Assembly: GCA_002633005.1 (NCBI GenBank) | Contig: NMRA01000033.1 | Span: 1,478,797-1,542,796, forward strand | Direction of reading: 5' to 3' | DNA: 64,000 bases | Source of the DNA: Phoronis australis | Taxonomy: Eukaryota > Animalia > Phoronida | In this document: positions 44,901 through 56,900 of the stretch, piece after piece | How the letters are laid out: every line of letters begins with the position of its first letter | Position numbering within the stretch: the first letter of the stretch is position 1 | Translations under genes and position numbers: made by a program | Notes under the pieces: generated by a model | What the model was told of the DNA's origin: nothing | Seen by the model: only the letters and a program-made list of their open reading frames with translations | Database searches by the model: none

Positions 44901-47900
44901 GATAAAGCATTTATTTGGTATTACTTATCTTTGACAAAAACAAAAAAGTAAAAAATTTCCCTTGTCCGCCATATTGTATTCTAAATTGGTCAACAAATGT
45001 AAATTGTTGAGGTCTAAAAATAAGAAAATGCTTCTCCTTAGAAAAATGCCATTTCCCTTTAAAACTCAAACCTTACTAACAGTCTGTTTCAACCCCCAAA
45101 TTCAAGAGAATACCCAGCCTAGCCCTCCCCACCCACACCCGTCACATTAACCCAGTCTTCATCATGCATCACATAGTTCTAGATAGGTCCACCCACTCCT
45201 AGCCTCTTTACGCCCCTCACCTTATCCTCTCATCACACATCAGGTAGTTCCCACCCCACCCCATGCCCCTCACCTTATCCTTCTCATCATCACCCACNNN
45301 NNNNNNNNNNNNNNNNNNNNNNNNNNNNNNNNNNNNNNNNNNNNNNNNNNNNNNNNNNNNNNNNNNNNNNNNNNNNNNNNNNNNCCCACCCCACAAAGCC
45401 CACCATGTCACCTCATCATCAACTACCCCTCCCCACCCCACGCCACTCACCTTATCTCCCTCGTCATCACGCGTCAGGTAGTTCCAGATAGTCCCCTTCA
45501 GTTTTTTCACATCAATCTTTTTGGCCTGTTTGGCATAGTCAATCATAATCTTGTTGACCTTTAAATGGACATGAAATGACCATCAGTGTACAAACAGACA
45601 GGCAAACAAACAGACAGACAAGCAGGCAGGCAGACAGACAGAAAGACAGTTCACACTAATGACAAACACACAGGCAAATATAGGAGGGCAATGGGGACCG
45701 GTCCGCACAAAATCATGCTAGGTGGCATTCTATATTTAGGCTCTACACGGATATTTCGCATTCGAAAATCATGGCTGCCTCCCCCCAACCACATTTTGGA
45801 TTTGCTAGTGAAATATGACTGTAATGGGGAGTTTCTTAATCCATTTAGTGATCGAAACATATTATGTTGTGTTGAGTTTGTCACAAAAGCACTGCAGAGC
45901 ACTGATATGCAGCCAAGGTTATACAGAATGCTCATTTTTCAAACATTTCCACGGACTAGAGAGAGCAATACAGAGATCTGTTCACCTTGTTTGGCTGTGC
46001 CACCAGATTATCACCAGCGAGTAATGTTCCATTGACAATACTCTCATTGGCGCCAAAGCTGGCCTGAGACAGGTTCTGTGATTGGCTGCCGAAGTCACTG
46101 CCCCCTCCAGTTATGTCGAATCCAACATGAGTCATGTCATTGTCATCGACATCATCATCAGCCTGCGAGATACACGATCATTGAATCAGCAAAACATCTA
46201 TTAGCAAGAAACGTTTCTATGGTAACAATGTAAATGGACAAATCTAAAAGAAGTACTTAACAGTTAAATCCCAAGTTTATTCAAAAGAGTGTTATTCTTA
46301 ATCATGAATCAAATAAATGGTTCAAAGCCAGCTGACATGCTGCACACCACAGAATTAAACTAGTTTCAGCAGTGCTTATTACATAAAGAGGCTAACTCCC
46401 CCTCCTCAGGCGAAAATTCCTTTAAATCCCACTCAGTCATCAGCCTCGATACAGGAAATACTAGCCTCGCCATGTAATTTTCCATATTCCCACACACGAT
46501 TTCAATCACCTGTACAGTACCAGACCAAATCCAATTAGGGCATACCTCAACTGCTGGACAGTAGTTTTCACGATCATTGGCGTTATTGTAGTCGTATCCA
46601 TCCACACCGTCATCAAGTGAGTCTGAAGATGATGCAAGTCGTCTCACCTGAAACATCGACAACAGGAAAAATTTGACGTACAAATCTTTTAGTAGCATAG
46701 TGAGAGCACAGAACCGACTTCGTTAGACCAAATGTCAAAGGGTGGTGGTCAAGACGGGCAGAGACGGAAGATATCTGCTTTCATTCACTGACAATTCAAT
46801 GATGCTTGATGCATTTACATGAGCCACTTGAATATACCACTGTACAACAATGATAGCTAAGAATTTTTTAAAAAGTTGTGAAATTCCAACACGACTAGTG
46901 AACAACTTAAGGTTACGTGTACCAATCATTAAAATGTTATCTTCTTGAAATATCTAAGTAACTAGAGGCAGTCAATTCATAAAAGTACGTATGTTCTGAA
47001 ATTAGGAATCGGGACAAGTCTAATCATGTCATTCACAATACAGTAACGTACTCGTGATCAACCAAGTGTTTTTGAGAAAAATGTCATTTTTTGAAATGTG
47101 CATTGATTGAATAGGGAAAGTATTTTCGACAGCATTCACCAAATATTTTGTGAACTTTCTTAAAAACGCTCAAAAAACAGTGTGTAGTTTCCATAGTTAG
47201 AGTCATTTTTGTTAAATAGTGGTACATGTGACCTTGAGGAAGGTAGTAAGATTCAAAGACTACCATAATGTTTGGCTTGATGAAATGTTTGAACAGATTC
47301 TCAGCTTCGTAGTGCAGATCCTTGGGAAGGGTTGTCTGTGTTTTGCTGTACTTTTCCAGCGTTGACTTTGTCAGGGTCGTTGAAGCTCGCGTCTCTTTAA
47401 AGTAAGCATCAAAATCAACGTCGTCATCAAAGTTGATTTTGAAGGCAGCTTTTTTCTTCTTTTCCTTCTTATCCTTGAGGGCAGCCAAGCGAGAATCTGT
47501 GTAAAGGAAACAGTTGAATGCAAGCAAAGAGGTGGCTTCCTCACATGCAACCCGCCAATATATAATTAACTTCTGTTTACACGTGGCCAGAAATTTTGCG
47601 CAAAACCATACATCAATCATGTTAATGAGAACGAGTTCAGTTCCAAAATGATCTACAACAAATTGTGCTTCCACTTTTGCCAAAAATTTGTCATTAAAAA
47701 TTGTTCTATTTTTGTTTTTGATCTAGTGAAGCACAGTTTCCGAGTCCATTTTTTGAATTTTGAGAAATTTAGTCCACTGGGGTCACCAGCTCAATTAACG
47801 TAGGCAACATTAGCCTGCTATTGGTGACAGACATTTTCAATACTTCCTAATCATCCAAGATAACAATTCAAGAACCATTTACTGCCAACAAGGCCATATT

Positions 47901-50900
47901 AAACATTTCAAGACCTTGACATTACGTCCTCCTCCTCAACTAAAAAATTTGGACAAAAGTGATCCGTCACATGGGTTTGCAAAAGTCTCCTACAATCAAA
48001 ATTAATTGGTTCGCGATGTGTACATCTAGTTTTCAGTTCTATAGCCCCCAAGCTCGACTCACCTTTAGACTGTGGTTGCAGTTTCCAGTGGGCAGGGCCA
48101 GCCCAGGTCCTCAAGAGACTGCTGTTGAAGTAGGAGTACTCGCCAGGCTCCGTTGCCAAAACTTGCATCAAATTGCCAATTGTGCCATTTCTATTAACCA
48201 AGACAAATTACTACTACTTGATATCCATGAAATAGAAAGTTAATTTGCAAGCTTTTTAAAAGTTCCATACTGAGCAATAATTTCGTGAATTTAAATTGGC
48301 TTTTTTAAAGTAAATAAATCTAATTTAAGAAAAGGTAATCTAGCCAGACAAAAAATCGCAGTGACCATGTAATATTAGGACTTACCAGAGTACAACACAA
48401 GCTGCATGAGACAACAATAAACTTTTATACACCTGTCCTTAGACGGACTGTATCATAAACAAACTTTTTAGTTGGCATTAGCTAGTTAACAATTAGCCAC
48501 TTGCCAGGAGTTTCCCAACTAAGCAGGAGAGGTAAAAGATAACCTCACATACATGAGTTTTTAACTGCAAGCTTAGTCAGAGCGTTGGACAACAGTTCCA
48601 AGTGAACGTCCCTAACCAACCACTACGGTCAAACCAATGACATTTCCTGGCCCATTTCCATTGTTTGATATTTCCAGACTCACCGTATACTATCAACAGT
48701 CTGACTGATGCTGGTGAACACGGCATCCGAGCCTTGCATACCCTCAGTGAATGAAGAACCTAAACATATTGTACAGTGAGCAATGTGGATAGCTTACATG
48801 GAGTATCAGGCAAGGTCACTTCAAAATGTAAATGTACCTTTGAGCATTCAAATGCAATTAAAATGTAAATTGCGGCAATATAAAATGATGAAAATCCTAC
48901 CAAAATATCTCTTAAACCACAATATTATCAGTTTTACGGCCAACTAACACATTATTAGCTTTAAACACAGCGATAAAACATGTTGTTTTGTTGATTTTGT
49001 AACAAATCTTCAATTCTCACCGTTGTCTGTCAGACATTCAATGAAATCAAGGCCAGTGTCTTTACCATTCATTTTGAATATGCTTAAAATACTCTGTTAC
49101 AAAACGGTGGGATTTGGCTGAGCGGTAAAGCGCTCGACTGCTACTTCAGAGCTAGCGGGTTCAATTCCGCAGTACTGCTAATTTATCTAAAGTTATTTTA
49201 CTTGCTGAGAATCTCTCTTTAAATCTCGCCAATTTAGGACACAATATGGCAGGCAAATGAAACTTTATTTGGTAATTATCCATAAACAATAGGCAGCACT
49301 AAATAAATGACTTCATGAGTTTAATGTTTTATCATAATACAGCGTTTTGAAAATTTGTGGGCATTAGAAACCTTTAAAATTCATAAAAAGTTATATTTTG
49401 GCAAATATTTTTGTACGAATTTGGAGAAGTTTTGCAATATATAGAGACTTTAAAATTTCTTCACTGAACATCAAGTAGTAATTCAGAATTTAAAAAAATT
49501 ATTAAGAAATAACAAAGAAATTAATTGTAAAAAATCATTGCAAAACACAATGTTTCACTTTAGTGGCTATAAAGCATCTTCAGTTTAGTACAGGTAAGAT
49601 TTTAAGTGTTCAAATAGGAAGCCAGTTGTCCCACAATGCACCATCCTAAAACAAACACTACGCGAAAGAGAATACGTACGTGTTACCCGTATTCACCAGA
49701 AAATGCTACACAGTCAATAGATTGAAACATCGTGCTTTACAAAGTATCTTACGCTGATGTTTCTGGATATTGCGCATATTTTGAAAAACTTCACTATGAC
49801 CAAAGAGTGGTGTTATTTCCAAGTAGCATACGTTGGACAGCAGTACCCACCAGCATCATCATCATCAACACCAGCCAAGAAGCCAACACCATCTTCAGGA
49901 AAGTCGTTCACGTCTGACTGAGAGTCAGGAATGGGTTCCACCTCAGCGTCCAGGTCAAAGGCGTGATTGGAGTTTGGAGCCAGTCGACTCTGAAGGTCGA
50001 ATGAGCTCTGGGATGGATCAAAAAGCCATTAAGTAAAAACGCATTATTTGTAAGCTATCCGTTCTTAAAAAGCCCAGGCCCATAATGCCTCGATTTTGGG
50101 CCCACCAGTTGGCTTCATTCCTCTGCTCAAATACATTTAAAAACCTCGCAAAATTCCTATCACCAAACTAGGAAATTCTCCAATGATAAAAATTTCCCTC
50201 AAGGTTAAAACCAGTTTCAAATCGCAGACACTCAGCCTCAGAAGGGCTTTAAAGCACAAAAAAATTTCCCCTCATCGCAAAAATTCTAAATCAGAGCCCT
50301 CAAGCAACCTTGCGTAAGGTAAACAAGGGCCCTGAAGCAAAAAAGGTGTTTGAAATCATATTTATGACGTATTTTAAATCAAGGGTACTTTTCCACCCTG
50401 TCTTAGACAAGTTTACAATTATTATAATACCTTCTAGACATTACAACAATTGAGAAGATTTCATTGTTGCATTGAGGGAAATTTCTTAGCTCATAAACAT
50501 CCCGTGGAATCCCAGATAACATGTGGATATGTAAACACAACATGTCACTTGAATGCACCAAAATTGAAAGGAGAGGTTCACAGCATAAGCTTTGTTACAA
50601 GTATGATAAAGCAACCATCACGGACAAATATAATTGACTAACCGAGCCTCAAAACGCATGAAATAAATAGATAAGTCTTTTGTGCAAAGATTCTTGAGGC
50701 ACATACTGGCATCCGATCACGCCAAGTTAAGTCTCACCACCTAAAACGTAAATATCAAATCAGTTTACACATCCACGATGCATTTGAAAAAAACAACAGT
50801 AGCACGTGACCGTAGATGAAATCCTCCCCGGGCATCATTAAGTAATTAAATTAGCTCACCGGCTCGTCTCTGTTCCAATTGGTGAACTCAAACTCGGAGA

Positions 50901-53900
50901 ATGCAGGGCAGATCTGAAGGGACATCAGGTCCATCCCTGAGTAGATATCTGGAAATCAGAACAATGTTCACAACGTCACGGGCATCTGATGGTTGAGCAG
51001 TAGCCATTAACATCTAGCTATATCAAAGCAGATACGAAGCTGGTGTCTGTACAGAAAGGGACCTTTTCATTTACACTACTCACTAAAATTGGCCTAAACT
51101 TGCTAATTTAGACAAGAAGTGAAACCTGGGTTTGCAAAGAACTGGTTGTTCATTATTCCTTAAGACGATGCTGATTGGCGCATAAAAGGACACGCCGTAG
51201 TACAATGGCACGCCGTAATAAAGTGACACACCGTGATAAGCCCACTCCTAGAGCTTGGTCTCAGACAATAACGAATTGCCATTTCTTACGACTCTCTAAA
51301 AGCACCTCCAGTTTGACTACAAAACAATTCTAGAGCACAATACGGTAAATAGGCTAAATCAAAAGTTGCCTTTGTTACGGAAGGCAGTGTTATAGCCGCT
51401 TTAAAGTTGACGAGATAATGTACTCAGCATGTGCTACGGAATGGTCAAAAAAATTCTTATGAGACATGTCTTTTGAAATATGTTTTTTACACTTTTCCAC
51501 AAATGCGGAAGGTCAGTTGTGGATGGAGCTCAAGTCTTGAATTGGTTATCTTAGTTTTAAATAGCAGACTTTTGGGCTTCCGAAAGAACACGGTCTCATT
51601 TTAAACGATAAAAAACATTTCAAACAAATACGAATAAGCTATTAGGAAAATGTGTTGAACAACATATAATTTACCTTTAAACTCCATCAGGTCAACGGGT
51701 CTCATACTGTGTCCAGTTGCCTCGTGGTGGACGCAGTTTCTCACAACCGTGCTGGAGTCGAGCACGACAGCCGAGGCATCGTCATAGCAACACAGCTGGT
51801 TCATCATTAGGCCCTTAGTGCCACCCTCGTCAAACGAAGCTGACATCTTTTGGAAGAGTGGATCGACTTCGAACTCCAGGTCAAAGTTGTTGACGTTCAA
51901 TGCCTTCAAATTGGTCTCAATAGTGTTGCTCTTCCGAGTCTGAAAGTGAAACGTGTTTAATGCCATGATTAATAAGCAAAGGGGACAAGGCCAATTATTG
52001 ACATTGTCATGAGAATACAATACAATACTATACAATACAATACAAAATTTTATGAAGGAGGAGACTGAGGTTTGTTGCCAACAACAGTTTTTGATTTTCA
52101 TCAAATGGCAATGCAAAAACTACATAATATATGGCTTTATTTAAATTAGAAATAGTTGAAGATTCATTTGATGAGTGTTCTTATTCTACCATAAACTCAG
52201 TGTTAAGACTAACACCAGCACTGAAGTTAAAGCATTATATGTGTATGTAGTTAAAATAAATGGGTCGTTTCAGCAAAATGACTGCTACGATCAGATTCAC
52301 TGTTACTTTGCCATTAATAGTAGCAAAGTAAAAACTGACTCGAGCCACATAAAGGTGAAGGCAGATATACAATAACACATTATTTCCACAAACATTCAAA
52401 ACTACTGTTACAACCAAAGAGAAAATTAACTTTAATCATTGACAATGAAGGAAGATGTATTTGTAATATTTGTCGATAAAAGTTTAAATTCAACTACTAA
52501 CAGCAGACTCGTCCGTAGAGGACGCGGATGATGACACTCTTAACTGACCAACTTACCCTCTTCTTCTTCTTTCTCTGGTCATCATCACCCTCCTCACCTT
52601 CATGGTCCCCCACATTCTCATTCCCTACAAAACACGAAAGGCTCACACCTGTAGTGTGCATTTTACTATTTACTTTTTGGGGTTTGATATCATGAATTGC
52701 AAATGAATTTGTCTATGCAAGATGGTAAATACTACATTCGTTGTGAATAAGTTGGTCTACGTATTACAGTGATTTTGGGGTGTTTAACAAAATACATTTG
52801 CAAGTCTGATGTGAACATCTACAAACTTCATCAAGTCACCTCAATTATTCATAGTGAAGGTACACCCTCAGAGTATACCCGCCACATGTAAAGGAACAGT
52901 TGCTAAAAAATTACCACCTTTTGACAGGTTACATGGTATTTTTGGAACATTTCTGCAAGACCTGTTGACCTTGAGGAACTGTAACTTGGAGATTCTTAAC
53001 TCAACCACAAACAATTTTGAAAATAATCCCCAAAGCGGTACCATGATGCCACACCCTTACCTTTCTCATCACTGCCGCGGCCCAAACCACTCAGCACCTT
53101 GTAGGTCTCACTATGTATAGCATCAACACGTCCAGCATAGATCTTGGCACTGGCATCCAGGGTTGAACTGGCCACCTGGTGGTAAGAAAGGAAATCACTG
53201 CGAACCAGAATGGACTGAAACTACCGACCTCAGAGGTCGCAATCAAACACTTCGCTGGCGGTGCTAAACTTCGTTCGATAAAGAGGAGAGTATTTTAAGC
53301 GTATTTAACTGATAGCCACTGGGAATAACTTGCAGCCAACGGGGAAAATAGGGCCGTCCCGGATTACCCAGCTACGAAAATATCCTTTGTCGTGGAGGTA
53401 AGAAAGTGCATGGTTTTCACTGCCTCTTTTTGGAAAGTCAGGCACACATTCACTAGTCATGGCGGAAAATGCATAGGTATAAGGCTGTGGCAATATTATA
53501 ATTCCTGATTTAAACTGTTTAAAGGTTACAGAATAGAAAAGGTGTTTTCGAGAAAAGGGTTTCTGTTCAGTTCAAAATTAACCTGGTGAAATTGCTTTAT
53601 CCACCTGTTCCCCATTTCCTTGTTTTTGATTGATGTAAGGAAGGCATAGAAGTAAACATCAAGCATTCAAGCATGTTTGTCAAGTTTATATAACTTTCTT
53701 CTGTCGGAGTTACAGTCCACAGAATAGCAGTAATTCTTTATTGGCATTGGAAGGATGCATACAATAGTGTGGGTGGAGAAAAACAAGAACAACAAAGAAC
53801 AAGAGCAACGCGGAGCGTTGAAATGCACCCACGGATGCATTGCAAATGGGGAGCTTCTAGGGTTGTTTATTTGAATCTTAAAATGGTCACTAGATGGCGC

Positions 53901-56900
53901 AAAAACGTCCAATGCATCCGAAAACGGAAACATGCCATTGCTTCTTTAACAGAAACTATTTACCAAATTTCATAAAAATCTGTCAAGCTTAAGAGAAACA
54001 AAAGAAAATGGAAAAATGAAATTGCCACTAAGGGGCACAGTGTTTGTTGAATCCACTTAAAGTTGTCATCGTCTGCTGTTAGCTTCATATTATAAATACA
54101 CTTACTAAATTTAATAAAGATCCGGCAATGGGTTTAGGAGATACGGGTATGTGCGCAAAACAAAACAAAACTACCACTAGGAGGCGTCACAGTAGTCAAA
54201 GTCATCATCATCAACTGTCCTCTTCCAACTGAGAATAAATACGCCAATTTTCAAAATCATCATTAGAACAGTTTGGTTGATAGAGGATGGACTCAAAAAA
54301 CAGCAAAAATGGCCACTAGGTGGCACAAAATACCTTGATTCCATTTGAAAACAGTAGTATAGCGTCATCTCACAAGTAGATGTCTATATTCCAAATTTTA
54401 TGAAATTCTGCTAAAGACCTTTGAAGATACAGAGGTAAATGTAAAAAACTAAAATTGCCACTAGGCGGCACACCGATAGTCAGGTCTGTCTGAAAGTCGT
54501 GGTCGTCGTTGCCAACATCAAATAAATACACATGGTACATTTAATAAAGATCATGCAAACGGTTTAGGAGATACAGCCATGGGCACAAAAAACTAGGAGG
54601 TGCCACAGTAGTCGAAGTCATTGGAAAATCACCATGAGCCGTCCTCTTCATAGCACAAACATACCTTCCAATTTTCACAATCATCCTTAGAGCGGTTTGG
54701 TTGATAGAGGGGTGGACGCCAAAAACAGACTCGAAAACAGTAAAAATGGCCACTAGGTGGTGGAAATTACAACGAATCCATCCGAAAACGGGAGGATACC
54801 GTCATCTCAATAACAGATGCCTATTCGCCAAATTCTATGAAAATCCCTTGAGGACCTTTGAAGATAGAGGTAAGCGTAAAAAAACTAAAATTGCAACTAG
54901 GGGGCACACCGGTAGTCGGATCTATCCGAAAATACACTCATGTCATCCTATCCATGAAAGGAACACGTGCAAAATTTCATGAACAGATGTCAAAGGGTTT
55001 TGGAGTTAGAGCAACGGACGCTGGACGTACGGAGATAATGGCATAATGCATAGCAAGTGGAACTCCAATGGCGTAAAAATCAAGTGCTTCATGGATACTG
55101 CAGCACTATGGGTAAATATGAGATTGGAGTGTCGCTTTATTGTCCGGGACGGACCTATTGGAGATTTGTAATAAAATCACAAAACAACACACTATCAATG
55201 CTATTTTATAGCTCTAATCAAAGCGAGTACGTTCAAGAAATCCACCAACAATACCAAAAATGTGATTTTCGACTACAAACCAATTGTGACCCATCAAAGC
55301 AATAGGATACCTTTGTTCAGACTTGAGTTCCTAAATAACTTTTTAAACGTACAGAAAACCCATGCACCAGTATATTCTTAAAACACTTCGCCCATATTTC
55401 AGTAACCATGTGACTGCGCTTTTTCTACGAAATTTCGCTTTTTCACATAAATCATCATAATTACCACAAGCATTATTTGCACATGAAACTTCAAATTCTG
55501 TTTCTTTATTCCACAAATTCTAGCTACAAATATAATATGTATCCACGATTTTTGCTCTTGGGCTTGTAGCCCAGGACCTCTGTTGTCAAAAACCAAAACA
55601 ACAACATTTCTTGAAAAACAGAAGTCTAATAAAATCTTGATTTTTGACACCCAAGCTATTGGGTTAAAAGACAGACAAAATTACAAAACAAAATCTGCAA
55701 GTTGCGTCTGAAAAGTATTGTGTTTGAGCAAAATATGCCAATCTTCAAGAAAATCGTGCTTTAAAAAAAAAAAACAACCAATCATGTGATTATTAACAAC
55801 TGGACATTGCTTTCATACATATAACATTCTGCCATCAAGGATCTTAAAAATATTCCATGGACCTCCTATTAATATTCTAAGCTACTAATACTCTAAGCTA
55901 TTATTATTTAAGAAATTTGATCTTGCAGGTATGGCAATGCCTTAATTTAAATAAATTGACTTGACATAGACATCTAGTATAACAGTAAAACATTGAAATG
56001 AAGCACAATTTAAAATTCCTCCAGCAAGAATTTAAAGAGTTCCCACCATGACCCTGTGTCTTAAAAAGGAATTTTATTATTACATCTTAACAGATTTAAT
56101 AGCCTTTAGTACACCTGTTGCTACGAAACAATCTAAAAATTTTAAAAATATATTTTTCTGTTATCGAGTTTGTATGCAATGGGTGGAAGACCGCCTCAGC
56201 CGTTGTTGTTTTACCAGTGCGATACTGAGGAGTTGTGAAGAAAGTACGCGTGGAGCTGTCTTTTTCAGACATGAAAAGGTGCGTTTGTGGAAACTGTGGT
56301 AACAACAACTTGACTGTGAACGTCTTAGTGTTCAAATTTCCTAAATACGTGAAAGTTGCACAAAAATGGCATCGGTTTGTCATGGGCGGCGCACCATAGG
56401 GGCCTGGGGTAGGGCTATAGCCCCCCACCTTTTTAGGGCAAAGCCGCCCATGGTCTATAGGCAGTGCAACACAGGAGGGCTGGGGGGGAGAGTTTAGCCC
56501 CCACTTTTTTCAGTGCTGCGCCACCCATGATTGTGCGCCGAACAAGAGTGTGGAGTGTCAGTGTGGAACATGAGATTCAGTTTGGCGTAAGCCACACTTT
56601 GATCGGCACATTTCAAAGAATCGTGTTTCGACCACACACATAAGCGGCGTTACAATGAAGGACTCACCACCAAGTAAGTGCATTTGCAAATTTTGTAAAT
56701 AACGAACAAACTGCTTCCATTCTAGGGCGAGTGATGCCAGGCCCTGGACCCCGGCCCAGATCGAGTGCTACTACAAGTAGGCTTATGCATATTGTGTTTA
56801 GACTGTGCTCATTCCATCACGGCAATAGTGAATACGAGTAACCCAGGTTGGCTGTGGCCTTTGTCAGTAATTATTAAGTGTCTATTTTGTGAGTAGTGAC

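Noticed and set aside
49105-49177. Functional tRNA gene
   Set aside because: Acceptor and anticodon stems do not pair; called a SINE head or pseudo-tRNA instead
53798-55079. CRISPR-like repeat/spacer array
   Set aside because: Eukaryotic intron; the inter-motif segments are homologous to each other, the motifs are degenerate, and there are no cas genes
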